Assembly (NCBI GenBank): GCA_031291825.1
Contig: JARLIG010000009.1
Span: 65,281 to 129,280 of the forward strand
Source: Minisyncoccota bacterium
GTDB lineage: Bacteria > Patescibacteriota > Minisyncoccia > Phycocordibacterales > UBA9973
Direction: 5' to 3'
Length of the DNA stretch: 64,000 nt
Shown here: piece after piece, positions 38,395-47,886 of the stretch
Position numbering within the stretch: the stretch's first letter is position 1
How the letters are laid out: the number at the start of each line of letters is the position of its first letter
Notes under the pieces: model-generated
Told to the model about the DNA's origin: nothing
Database searches by the model: none
The model's input: the letters and a program-made list of their open reading frames with translations, nothing else
Program-made: the position numbers and the translations under genes

Positions 38395-38407
38395 TGAATC
38401 TTAAATC

Positions 38408-38545
38408 TCATTCTTTGTCGTCGAAACGCCGACGGCGGCGCGGCTGACGGTTGCGAGGACGGTTTGGCAACTGCTGCGCGTTACGGGTAACCGCTCTGGT
38501 AACCCACTTCGGAGCTGATAGCTCCGCACGACGAGTTCTCGTCAT
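38408..38545 (-). CDS. Arg-rich 45 aa peptide, island unit 1 (not in ORF track)
   Basis: SD GGAG; MTRTRRAELSAPKWVTRAVTRNAQQLPNRPRNRQPRRRRRFDDKE. Confidence 0.65.
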   Translation of the reverse strand: MTRTRRAELSAPKWVTRAVTRNAQQLPNRPRNRQPRRRRRFDDKE

Positions 38546-38584
38546 CTTTTTTCTCCAAATGGAAAAATGAACATCTATGGAGAT

Positions 38585-38613
38585 ATTTATACCACTTTTT
38601 CAAAATAACACAA
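38585..38613 (-). promoter_or_regulatory. Island promoter motif, copy 1
   Basis: TTGTGTTATTTTGAAAAAGTGGTATAAAT. Confidence 0.7.
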
Positions 38614-38630
38614 TAGCAAAAGTGTATAAA

Positions 38631-38678
38631 GCAAAAGACGTCGGACATCTGTTGCTACAGGTGTCCGACGTCTTTTGC
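38631..38678. repeat. Family C palindrome after rplB, possibly also a terminator
   Basis: GCAAAAGACGTCGGACATCTGT-loop-ACAGGTGTCCGACGTCTTTTGC. Confidence 0.85.
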
Positions 38679-38695
38679 TTAAGTATTTTTATTTT

Positions 38696-39535
38696 TTATT
38701 TATTCTTCCCAGTCTTACGGCGAGAAACGATAAACACATTAGAGTATTTCTTTGGACCACGAGTTTTGCGTCCACCAGTAACCTTACCCCACATGGTCTT
38801 AGGACGTTTGGTTCCGCGACCTTGGCGGCCCTCACCTCCTCCGTATGGATGGTCAACTGGATTCATCGCCGTGCCTCGAACAGTTGGACGAATTCCTTTC
38901 CAACGACTGCGTCCAGCTTTACCATAATTTTCCAAATGATGTTCTTCATTAGAAACAGTACCGACACACGCCCAACATTTTTCATTTATTTTTCTGATTT
39001 CCGTTGAAGGCATTTTCAAGTTTGTATATCCATCAGCATTTGCGACAACTTGTGCAAAGATTCCTGCAGAACGTCCAATCTTCGCACCACCCATTGGCTT
39101 AATTTCAACATTATAAACAAATGTTCCAACTGGAATAAACTGCAAAGGTAAACGATTGCCTGGCTTCAATTCTGCTTTCTCGGAAACGATAAATGAATCA
39201 CCAGGCTTTACAGACTTTGGCAAAACCACATATCTTTTTTCTCCGTCCTTGTAAACAGCAAGTCCAATGAAGGCTGAACGATTTGGGTCATATTCAACAG
39301 ATGTAATTTTTGCAGGAATATCTTTTTTGTTGTAAATAAAATCAACTTCGCGGAAAAGACGCTTATGACCAGAACCTTTGTGTCGCATCGTGATACGACC
39401 TTGACTGTTGCGGCCGACAGCGCGCTTGAAACCATAAGTGAGCGACTTGGTTGGTGTCGTCTTCGTCAAGACACCACGGTAAGTCACGTTGGTCATCTGT
39501 CTTCTTGATTTACTTGTTGGTTTGTATGTTTTCAT
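38696..39535 (-). CDS. rplB: 50S protein L2
   Basis: EYDPNRSA, RPTVRGTAMNPVDHPYGGGEG. Confidence 0.99.
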   Translation of the reverse strand: MKTYKPTSKSRRQMTNVTYRGVLTKTTPTKSLTYGFKRAVGRNSQGRITMRHKGSGHKRLFREVDFIYNKKDIPAKITSVEYDPNRSAFIGLAVYKDGEKRYVVLPKSVKPGDSFIVSEKAELKPGNRLPLQFIPVGTFVYNVEIKPMGGAKIGRSAGIFAQVVANADGYTNLKMPSTEIRKINEKCWACVGTVSNEEHHLENYGKAGRSRWKGIRPTVRGTAMNPVDHPYGGGEGRQGRGTKRPKTMWGKVTGGRKTRGPKKYSNVFIVSRRKTGKNK

Positions 39536-39538
39536 ATA

Positions 39539-39808
39539 CTAAATTAATTCTATCTTGTCTCCTTTTTTTAAATAAACAAAAGCCTTTCTGCCACCCCCAC
39601 GTGCTCCTTTTATTCCTTTAGACATTGTCTTTTTCTTTGGAATAGAAAGAACATTTACTTTAATTGGGTGAACCTTATAGAGAGCAAAAACTGCTTTTTT
39701 TATTTCTGTCTTATTAGCAGAAGCGGAAATATCAAAAGTGTAAACATTTTGCTCTGCTGCAAAAGATGCTTTCTCGGTAACTCTTGGATTTTTGATTATT
39801 GTTGTCAT
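39539..39808 (-). CDS. rplW: 50S protein L23
   Basis: PRVTEKA, ANKTEIK, KAFVYL. Confidence 0.97.
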   Translation of the reverse strand: MTTIIKNPRVTEKASFAAEQNVYTFDISASANKTEIKKAVFALYKVHPIKVNVLSIPKKKTMSKGIKGARGGGRKAFVYLKKGDKIELI

Positions 39809-39813
39809 AAAAT

Positions 39814-40485
39814 TTATCCGCGAGCTTCTAAGAATTTAACACTTTCGACCGGATTTTCTATTAAAAGATATTTATATTGAAGCACGTCCATTGGATTTAA
39901 ATTTTTCAAGAAAACTATTTCAAGCGAGGGAATATTTCGGAAACTCTTTTCAGCTTTTTCATCTCGTCCGAATAAAGCTGTCAACACTCTAGGCTTTTTA
40001 GAACTAGCTAGTGTCTTCCATCCGGAAGCTTTGGCTAAATTCTTAACAACCTCCACAGCATTTTTAGTTTTGATATCAGACAAAGACAAACTATCAACAA
40101 AAAGAATTTCATTGTCCTTTAATTTTTTAGAAAGTACAGAAAACAGAGCTTGTGCACGCATTTTCTTGGAAACCTTTCGCTTATAGTTCTTCTCAGCAAG
40201 TGGACCATGGGTGACACCTCCACCAACCCAGATAGGACTACGAGAAGAACCGTGTCGAGCGCGTCCAGTTCCCTTTTGTTTCCAAGGCTTCTTTCCACCC
40301 CCCCGTACTTCTCCACGGTCTTTGGTGTCAGCAGTACCAGAACGCTTGTTGCTGCGCATTCCTTCTACCACTTGGTGCACTAAATCTGCGCGCCACTTTG
40401 CGGCAAAAACTTTTTCCGGCAAACTTATGCTTCCCGCGTCAGTTCCTTTTTGATCATATATTTTTGCTTGTATTTTTGCTTCCAT
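39814..40485 (-). CDS. rplD: 50S protein L4
   Basis: GGGKKPWKQKGTGRARHGS. Confidence 0.98.
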   Translation of the reverse strand: MEAKIQAKIYDQKGTDAGSISLPEKVFAAKWRADLVHQVVEGMRSNKRSGTADTKDRGEVRGGGKKPWKQKGTGRARHGSSRSPIWVGGGVTHGPLAEKNYKRKVSKKMRAQALFSVLSKKLKDNEILFVDSLSLSDIKTKNAVEVVKNLAKASGWKTLASSKKPRVLTALFGRDEKAEKSFRNIPSLEIVFLKNLNPMDVLQYKYLLIENPVESVKFLEARG

Positions 40486-40486
40486 A

Positions 40487-41101
40487 TTATCTTTGTACTA
40501 TTTCTACTAAGGTTCCTTTTCGGCCAGCAATCGCTCCTTTAATAAACATTAAACTATTTTCTTTATCAACAAAAACTACTTCCAAATTTTTCTGGAAAAT
40601 TCTGTCTGAGCCCATTCTGCCTGCCATTCTCATTCCTTTTGGAACGTGAGTACGCAATCCTCCGCCGATACTTCCAGGTTCACGCTCGGAATGCTTTTGA
40701 CCGTGAGTACGTGGACCACCATGGAAACCATGACGCTTCACAACACCCTGAAAACCTTTACCCTTAGAAATACTGGCAACAGAAACTTTGTCTCCTCCTG
40801 CAAAAACAGTTGCATCAATAACATCCCCTTCTTTAGCGGTGTGCTTATCGCTAGGTTTTAGTCTGAATTCTTTTAAGTTTTTATAGAAAGCGCCTTTCAT
40901 TGCACCAGCACTACCCTTAGAAACTCTTTCTTTTTTTTGTGTCCCAACACCAACTTGTACGGAATCATATCCATCTTTGGCTTTCTCAAAAACTCTAGTC
41001 ACCGTAATTGGTGGAACAGAAACAATAGTCACAGGAACAACTGTCCCATCTTCTCGGAAATACTCAGACATATTTTCTTTTGTTCCTAGGATAAATTTCA
41101 T
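40487..41101 (-). CDS. rplC: 50S protein L3
   Basis: SKGKGFQGVVKRHGF, GMRMAGRMG. Confidence 0.98.
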   Translation of the reverse strand: MKFILGTKENMSEYFREDGTVVPVTIVSVPPITVTRVFEKAKDGYDSVQVGVGTQKKERVSKGSAGAMKGAFYKNLKEFRLKPSDKHTAKEGDVIDATVFAGGDKVSVASISKGKGFQGVVKRHGFHGGPRTHGQKHSEREPGSIGGGLRTHVPKGMRMAGRMGSDRIFQKNLEVVFVDKENSLMFIKGAIAGRKGTLVEIVQR

Positions 41102-41105
41102 AAAA

Positions 41106-41537
41106 TTACATCATCTTAACGTCAATATCGACTCCGGAAGGCAAAGTTAAATTAGTCAGAGCCTCCACGGTCTTTGCATTTGGATTTATTATGTCAATCA
41201 ATCGCTTGTGCACTCTTATCTCAAATTGTTCTCGTGTGTTTTTGTAAATAAAAGCGGAACGATTAACGGTATATTTTTTTATTTCAGTCGGTAATGGAAC
41301 CGGACCGACAATATTTGCATCGTAACGGGTAGCAGTATCCATGATTTGTTTAACAGAAGCATCCAAAATCTTACTCTCGTAAGCACGAACTCGGATACGA
41401 AGCACAATTTTTCCATCTGTTGCAGTCTTCTCTTTTTTAAGAGAGGCCTTGGTAGTTTTAGCTACCTTTGCAACCTTTGGTGTAGTAGCTTTCACCGTCT
41501 TTGGCTTTTTTATTTTTGTTTCTGTTTCTGTTGTCAT
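41106..41537 (-). CDS. rpsJ: 30S protein S10 with ~40 aa Lys/Thr-rich N-terminal extension
   Basis: GPVPLPT, REQFEIRVHKRLI. Confidence 0.97.
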   Translation of the reverse strand: MTTETETKIKKPKTVKATTPKVAKVAKTTKASLKKEKTATDGKIVLRIRVRAYESKILDASVKQIMDTATRYDANIVGPVPLPTEIKKYTVNRSAFIYKNTREQFEIRVHKRLIDIINPNAKTVEALTNLTLPSGVDIDVKMM

Positions 41538-41571
41538 GAATTTATTTTAAAGTACAAATCTACCCTATAAA

Positions 41572-42765
41572 CTATCCCAGAATCTTTGTAACCACTCCTG
41601 CGCCGACTGTCTTGCCTCCCTCACGAATCGCAAATCTTTGTGATTCTTCTAGGGCGACTGGAGTAACTAATTTAACAGTAATTTTAACGGTGTCGCCTGG
41701 CATAACCATTTCAGTTCCTTCAGCCAAGGTAACATCTCCAGTCACATCCGTAGTTCGGATATAAAACTGAGGCTTGTAACCCTTGAAGAAAGGAGTGTGG
41801 CGTCCACCTTCTTCCTTTTTCAAAACGTAAATTTCGCAAGTAAAGTGATCGTGTGGAGTAGTTGTACCTGGCTTGCAGAGAACTTGTCCACGGGTAATGT
41901 CTTCTTTCTTCAAACCACGGAGAAGAACTCCAGCGTTGTCGCCAGCCATACCTTCTTGAAGATTCTTGTTAAACATTTCAATTCCAGTAACAGTGGTCTT
42001 TTGAGTTGGCTTGATTCCGACGATTTCAACTTCTTCACCAACTTTAACGATTCCTCTTTCGATTTTACCGGTCACAACTGTTCCACGGCCTTCAATTGAG
42101 AAAATATCTTCGACTGGCATCAAGAAAGGTTTCTTAATATCTCGTTCTGGGATTGGAATATAAGTATCAAGAGCATTTACGAGTTCAAGAACTTTCGCTG
42201 CCCAAGGGTCACTGATGTCTTTTGCTTCGAGAGCCTTAAGAGCAGAACCACGGATAACTGGAGCGCCTGCGCCATCAAAGCCTTGCTTGGTAAGAAGTTC
42301 ACGAATTTCCTCTTCAACGAGGTCAATCATGTCTTTATCATCAACCATATCGCACTTGTTCAAGAAAACAATAATCTTTGGAACACCAACTTGTTTTGCA
42401 AGCAAAACGTGTTCACGAGTTTGAGGCATCGCTCCATCGGTTGCAGCTACCACCAAGATAGCACCGTCCATTTGAGCGGCACCAGTAATCATGTTCTTGA
42501 TATAGTCAGCGTGTCCAGGAGCATCGATGTGCGCATAGTGACGAGCGTCCGTAGCATACTCGTTGTGTGAAATATTGATGGTTATTCCTCGAGCTTTTTC
42601 TTCAGGAGCGTTGTCGATTTGGTCAACTCCACGAAGACGAACAGTCTTTCCTGCCATGTTTAAAACATGCAAGATTGCAGCTGTTAATGTTGTCTTTCCA
42701 TGGTCAACGTGACCAATGGTGCCGACATTGATGTGCGGCTTATCTCTTTTAAATTCTTCTGCCAT
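41572..42765 (-). CDS. tuf: Elongation factor Tu
   Basis: [23 protein letters not shown]. Confidence 0.99.
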   Translation of the reverse strand: MAEEFKRDKPHINVGTIGHVDHGKTTLTAAILHVLNMAGKTVRLRGVDQIDNAPEEKARGITINISHNEYATDARHYAHIDAPGHADYIKNMITGAAQMDGAILVVAATDGAMPQTREHVLLAKQVGVPKIIVFLNKCDMVDDKDMIDLVEEEIRELLTKQGFDGAGAPVIRGSALKALEAKDISDPWAAKVLELVNALDTYIPIPERDIKKPFLMPVEDIFSIEGRGTVVTGKIERGIVKVGEEVEIVGIKPTQKTTVTGIEMFNKNLQEGMAGDNAGVLLRGLKKEDITRGQVLCKPGTTTPHDHFTCEIYVLKKEEGGRHTPFFKGYKPQFYIRTTDVTGDVTLAEGTEMVMPGDTVKITVKLVTPVALEESQRFAIREGGKTVGAGVVTKILG

Positions 42766-42949
42766 AATTTTATTGATTACTAACCAAAACTCAGTGTACG
42801 AGAACCAGTCACTAAGGCTTAGTTACTAATGATAATTAATAAACTTTAATAATAAAAAACCAATATAAAAACTGCAGAAAGTGCAGTTATCAAGATAATA
42901 GCAGATTAGAAAATATTGTCAAACTACCTTGTTGTGATAAACTAAACAG

Positions 42950-43621
42950 ATGAATATGGAATCTAAAGAACCTAAAAATACACCAGAAAAACCGAAAGTC
43001 ACAGACGAGAGAAGTGAGCTCCTCGCAGAAGTATTTAAAAGGTATCATAAAGATTTGATTAAATGGTGTATCGCTAGACTAAACAAGCTAACAATAAAAG
43101 GTAGTCGTATCTCTAATAATCTAAAAAGTGATGCGGAAGAAATCGTCGCGGATGTCTATAAAGTATTATTGACTGATAAAAATCCCATAGACCTAAATCG
43201 TACTGATGCTGAAATAGGAAAATTTTTAAATATTGTCTTAGATCAAGCAGTTATTCATTATGTTAGAAAAATCACAGCTCAGAAAAGATTTCCTAGGGGT
43301 GGTTTCGTGTCGACCGAAGAAATAACTGAGGAAAATGACGAGGAAGAATTGCTTGAAAAACTTAAAGAGTATTTTACTCAAAAGACAGACGACACAATAG
43401 AAGATGGGCGGTGGCCTATGATAAAAGATGCTTTGGTGGAATTAGAAAAACAAGATAAACAACAAGTGGACATGATTAGAGCTTTGTATCAAGAAGGACA
43501 TACCTTGGAAGAAATAGGAAAAAGTTATGGTTTTTCAAGAGAAAATGCAAGACAAAGAATTAAAAGGGGTCTTAATAAGATAAAATATCATATTATTCAA
43601 TACAAAAAACCGCTCAGTTGA
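42950..43621 (+). CDS. Alternative (ECF-like) sigma-70 family factor
   Basis: Region 2-like DAEEIVADVY; region 4 HTH GHTLEEIGKSYGFSRENARQRIKRGL. Confidence 0.8.
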   Translation: MNMESKEPKNTPEKPKVTDERSELLAEVFKRYHKDLIKWCIARLNKLTIKGSRISNNLKSDAEEIVADVYKVLLTDKNPIDLNRTDAEIGKFLNIVLDQAVIHYVRKITAQKRFPRGGFVSTEEITEENDEEELLEKLKEYFTQKTDDTIEDGRWPMIKDALVELEKQDKQQVDMIRALYQEGHTLEEIGKSYGFSRENARQRIKRGLNKIKYHIIQYKKPLS

Positions 43622-43637
43622 GCGGTTTTTTGTATTT
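43602..43637. terminator. Bidirectional terminator between the sigma gene and fusA
   Basis: ACAAAAAACCGCTCA-GT-TGAGCGGTTTTTTGT. Confidence 0.85.
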
Positions 43638-43646
43638 AGTCTATTT

Positions 43647-45797
43647 TTATTTTCTAGCAGCGATGATGGTTTCAGCCACGTTGTTTGGCACGATATCGTA
43701 ACGGAAGAATTCCATTGTGAAACCTGCGCGGCCTTCAGTCATCGAACGTAGGCCGGTCATGTAACCGAACATTTCTGAAAGAGGAACCACAGCTTTGATA
43801 ACTTTGTTCATTCCACGGTCTTCCATGCCTTCAATCAGTCCACGCTTAGAGGAAAGATTTCCAGTAACGTCTCCCATGAATTTATCTGGAGTAACAACTT
43901 CCACTTTCATCATCGGCTCAAGAATCACAGGGCCAGCTCGACGACAAGCGTCTTGGATAGCCATGCTAGCGGCGATTTTGAAAGCCATTTCGTTCGAGTC
44001 AACTTCGTGATAACTTCCATCCCATAAATCTACAGAAACATTGACGATTTTGAATCCAGCTAAAATTCCTCGGTCCAAACCTTCTTTGAATCCTTTTTCA
44101 CAAGGAGCAATATATTCTTGTGGAATAACACCTCCTTTGATACTATTCACAAATTCGAAACCTTCCGAACGCTTGGTATTCTTTGGTAAATCTTCTACTT
44201 CTTCCTTGGTCAGCATTTCCATCGGCTTAACTTTAATCTTTACGTGTCCATAGTTTCCACGTCCGCCAGATTGCTTGATATATTTTCCTTCAGCATCAGA
44301 AGTGCCGGTAATTGTTTCGCGATAAGCCACTTGTGGTTTACCAACATTTGCCTCAACGGTAAATTCTCGTTTCATACGGTCCACAATAATTTCCAAATGT
44401 AATTCTCCCATTCCGGCGATAATCGTCTCCCCTGTTTCTTGGTCGGTCGAAACTCGGAAAGTCGGGTCTTCTTGCGCCAAACGATTGAGCGCCATTCCCA
44501 TTTTTTCTTGGTCTGCTTTTGTCTTTGGTTCGATGCGAAGTTGAATAACTGGCTCTGGAAAAACAATACGGTTTAATTCAATAGGATTTTCTTCGTCACA
44601 AATAGTGTCAGAAGTAATCGTATCTTTTAATCCGACAGCGGCGGCGATTTCTCCAGCAAAAACTTCTTTCACTTCTTCTCTATCATTCGCATGCATGCGC
44701 AAGATACGTCCAATACGTTCCTTGTTGCGAGTACGAGGATTATAAACATAACTTCCAGCTGATAAAGTTCCAGAGTAAACGCGGAAGAAGATAATTTGTC
44801 CGACGAATGGATCTGTTGCGACCTTGAAAGCTAGCGCGGCAAATGGTTCAGAGTCGGAAGCATGACGAACCATCGGCTCATCAGTATCTGGATTAATTCC
44901 TGGAATTGGTGGAATATCTAAGGGTGATGGCAAATAATCGACAACACCATCAAGTACTAACTGAACGCCTTTGTTCTTTAATGCACTACCAGCATAAACT
45001 GGAAAAATTTCATTATTAATAACTGCCTTACGAAGAGTCTTTTTCAAAACATCTAGATTTGGAACAATGCCTTCTAAGTATTCAGTCATCATGGTATCAT
45101 CGGTTTCAACTATTTTTTCAATAAGTTCTCCGTGGTATTTTTCCGCTTCTGCTTTTAAGTTTTCAGGAATTTCTTTTTCTACAACCTTATTACCCATTTC
45201 ACCTTCAAAGTAATATGCCTTCATGCGAAGCAAGTCAATCACACCTTCGTGCTGTTCTTCTTGCCCAATTGGGATTTGCATTCTGACCGCTTTTTTTGTC
45301 AGACGATCTAATATCGTAGCAAAAGAATGTTCAAAGGATGCACCAGTGCGGTCTAATTTATTTATAAAACAAATACGAGGAACTTTCGCTTCGTCCGCAT
45401 AGCGCCAGTTGGTTTCGGATTGCGGTTCTACGCCAGCAACTCCGTCAAAAACAACCACGGCACCATCGAGCACGCGAAGAGAACGCTTCACTTCTACAGT
45501 AAAGTCAATGTGTCCAGGTGTATCGATGATATTAAAACGGTGTTTTTTAGATTTATCTTTTATGTCTGCATACGTCGGAGTCCAGAAACAAGTCACTGCC
45601 GCAGAAGTAATGGTGATACCTCGCTCTCGTTCTTGCTCCATCCAATCGGTCGTCGTCTCTCCATCATGCACTTCTCCGATTTTGTGTGATACGCCAGTGT
45701 AAAAAAGCACACGTTCGGTCGTAGTTGTCTTGCCGGCATCAATGTGCGCAATAATTCCAATGTTTCTGACTTTTTCTAACGGATAATCTCGTTCCAT
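43647..45797 (-). CDS. fusA: Elongation factor G
   Basis: [22 protein letters not shown]. Confidence 0.99.
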   Translation of the reverse strand: MERDYPLEKVRNIGIIAHIDAGKTTTTERVLFYTGVSHKIGEVHDGETTTDWMEQERERGITITSAAVTCFWTPTYADIKDKSKKHRFNIIDTPGHIDFTVEVKRSLRVLDGAVVVFDGVAGVEPQSETNWRYADEAKVPRICFINKLDRTGASFEHSFATILDRLTKKAVRMQIPIGQEEQHEGVIDLLRMKAYYFEGEMGNKVVEKEIPENLKAEAEKYHGELIEKIVETDDTMMTEYLEGIVPNLDVLKKTLRKAVINNEIFPVYAGSALKNKGVQLVLDGVVDYLPSPLDIPPIPGINPDTDEPMVRHASDSEPFAALAFKVATDPFVGQIIFFRVYSGTLSAGSYVYNPRTRNKERIGRILRMHANDREEVKEVFAGEIAAAVGLKDTITSDTICDEENPIELNRIVFPEPVIQLRIEPKTKADQEKMGMALNRLAQEDPTFRVSTDQETGETIIAGMGELHLEIIVDRMKREFTVEANVGKPQVAYRETITGTSDAEGKYIKQSGGRGNYGHVKIKVKPMEMLTKEEVEDLPKNTKRSEGFEFVNSIKGGVIPQEYIAPCEKGFKEGLDRGILAGFKIVNVSVDLWDGSYHEVDSNEMAFKIAASMAIQDACRRAGPVILEPMMKVEVVTPDKFMGDVTGNLSSKRGLIEGMEDRGMNKVIKAVVPLSEMFGYMTGLRSMTEGRAGFTMEFFRYDIVPNNVAETIIAARK

Positions 45798-45898
45798 AAA
45801 TTAAATCTAACTAATTAAATATTAAAAAAGCGCAGGGTGCGCTTACCGACAATATATAACATAAAACTATTTTTTGCAAATACGTTTTTTCTAAAAAA

Positions 45899-47209
45899 TT
45901 ATTTATTTAATACCGCGCGAGTCATTGCTCCAGCCACTCCATCACCCTTTAATCCATTGGCAATTTGAAACTTACTGAGAGCGATTTGAGTCTTTAATCC
46001 AAACTTACCATCAGCTGTTCCAACACTATAACCAGCATTATTTAAAAATGTTTGTAACTCCACAACTTCATTTCCCGAAGAACCTCTCTTGAGTAATTGA
46101 GTAAATTGAAAAGACGTTGTTGTGGTGGATGTTGGAGTAGTGGTATTACTGTTGCAAGGCAAGCCAGTGGTAACACTAAAACTATTTGTTCCAAGACAAC
46201 CAGGGAGTGGAGCTGTGGGAGTTCCAGTTGGAGTCGTTGCGGGTGTGGTAGTTGGAGTAGTGGTAGGAGTAACGACTGGAGCTGGCATAGTCATCGCACC
46301 AGCGCTGGTAGATTGAGGTGATGTATCCCCCGTAGCATCATAGGATGCTACAGTGAAAGAATATATTGTTCCAGGGGTAAGTGAAGTTACTGTGTAATAA
46401 GTATTTGCGGTAGTTCCAATTTGAGCTCCAGCTTGATAAACATCATAGCCCGTAATTCCAAAACTATCAGTGGGAGCAGTCCAAGTTAAATCAATTTGAG
46501 AAGATGATACTGGAGTCGCTTGCAAGGATGCTGGAGATAGCGGAATTGTTGTGGCTAATGTGGTAGAACCTGGAGTAGTTACACTGACTGGAGTTGATTG
46601 TCCTGAATTATTTCCGAGTGTATCGCGAGCATCAACAGTAAAATAATAAGTCGTAGAAGCCAGCAAGCCATTTATATTGTAATAAGTATTTGTCGTTGTG
46701 CCTATCTGCACTCCGTTTTGAAAAATATCATAACCAGCTATGGCGATACTACTAGTTGACGCCGTCCAAGATAAACTATATTGAGATGGTGAAATGGTGT
46801 TGATGGTTAAAGTAGGTACAGTGGGAGGTAAAAGAACTGTAGTGGTTGCACTAGCGCTTGTTGATTGTCCTGATGTGTTTCCAGCTGCATCATAAGCTGA
46901 AACAGTAAAAGAATAAGTAGTTGACGCACTTAAACCAGAAACATAATAGGAATTGTTTGTGGTCGTTGTAATCTCATTTCCATTTTCATATACATTGTAT
47001 CCAGCAACTCCCGTGTCATCCGTCGAAGCCATCCAAGACAGATTTACTTGCGAAGAAGAAACTGGAATCGCAATAAGTTGTGTTGGAGTTGTTGGAGGAG
47101 TCGTGTCGGCTCCAGCGAAAACATTACGGTTTCCAAGTATACTAAAAGAAACAATTAGCATTAAAGCAAAAAGCTTTTGCAAATTTATTTTTGATATCAT
47201 ATTAAACAT
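45899..47209 (-). CDS. Secreted protein with three fibronectin type III repeats and a C-terminal peptidoglycan-binding domain
   Basis: Signal peptide; three W..S/P.D...GY.VY repeats; LKRGSSGNEVVELQTFL...DGKFG. Confidence 0.88.
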   Translation of the reverse strand: MFNMISKINLQKLFALMLIVSFSILGNRNVFAGADTTPPTTPTQLIAIPVSSSQVNLSWMASTDDTGVAGYNVYENGNEITTTTNNSYYVSGLSASTTYSFTVSAYDAAGNTSGQSTSASATTTVLLPPTVPTLTINTISPSQYSLSWTASTSSIAIAGYDIFQNGVQIGTTTNTYYNINGLLASTTYYFTVDARDTLGNNSGQSTPVSVTTPGSTTLATTIPLSPASLQATPVSSSQIDLTWTAPTDSFGITGYDVYQAGAQIGTTANTYYTVTSLTPGTIYSFTVASYDATGDTSPQSTSAGAMTMPAPVVTPTTTPTTTPATTPTGTPTAPLPGCLGTNSFSVTTGLPCNSNTTTPTSTTTTSFQFTQLLKRGSSGNEVVELQTFLNNAGYSVGTADGKFGLKTQIALSKFQIANGLKGDGVAGAMTRAVLNK

Positions 47210-47245
47210 ATTTTACCATTAGCGATGTATTTTTAGCAAACAAAA

Positions 47246-47506
47246 CTATTTATAAATTTCATGACCTCCAATGTCGGCAAACAAGACTTCATTTTTAGAA
47301 ATGAAGCGAAAAGCTATCCTAAATTTATAGTTTACTGAAAAACCAAAATATTCCTTGAATTTACCATGGAGCTTATGAACTTCTAAAGTTTCATGATTTG
47401 TTCTATCTTTAAATAAATCAATTTTGTCTAAAACATCCTTCTGTAGACCATTCTCCAGTTTTTTAAATTTGCGGACAAAAAATGGAGAATAAATAATTTC
47501 AATCAT
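47246..47506 (-). CDS. RelE/ParE-family toxin
   Basis: YSPFFVRKFKKL, HKLHG, FSVNYKFRI, DIGGHEIY. Confidence 0.85.
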   Translation of the reverse strand: MIEIIYSPFFVRKFKKLENGLQKDVLDKIDLFKDRTNHETLEVHKLHGKFKEYFGFSVNYKFRIAFRFISKNEVLFADIGGHEIYK

Positions 47507-47510
47507 TTTA

Positions 47511-47729
47511 TTAGAATTTTTTTGCTAATTCTCTCAGGTCTCCTCTTAGGCCTTTCCCTTCTGCAATTTCTCTTTCTGATTGAAGAATATTCTGAACTGC
47601 TTCGTTTTCTTGATATTCTCTTAAGGCACGTCGAACAACATCAGCTTTGTTCGCGCCTTTTCCGTCCTTAATCATTCTTTCTATGAATTTTTCCAAGTCC
47701 CCCGAAATGGGTACAGATAATGTGGTCAT
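47511..47729 (-). CDS. Ribbon-helix-helix antitoxin
   Basis: TLSVPI..., NKADVVRRALR; directly upstream of the toxin. Confidence 0.8.
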   Translation of the reverse strand: MTTLSVPISGDLEKFIERMIKDGKGANKADVVRRALREYQENEAVQNILQSEREIAEGKGLRGDLRELAKKF

Positions 47730-47840
47730 GTTTTTTATAAATTATATGATAATGTAATATTATAATATCATATAGTGAAGAAAAAGTGAAGTCAAGATAA
47801 ACAAAAAATCCCTTTGGGGATTTTTAAAATAAAAAGTTTA

Positions 47841-47884
47841 TTCTAGATGTTGGACATCTGCAAAGCAGGTGTACAACATCAGAA
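47841..47884. repeat. Family C palindrome after rpsG
   Basis: TTCTAGATGTTGGACATCTGC-AAA-GCAGGTGTACAACATCAGAA. Confidence 0.8.
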
Positions 47885-47886
47885 AA

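Noticed and set aside
45899-47729. TA pair plus FN3 gene as a prophage or transposon
   Set aside because: No integrase, transposase, terminal repeats or phage structural genes visible
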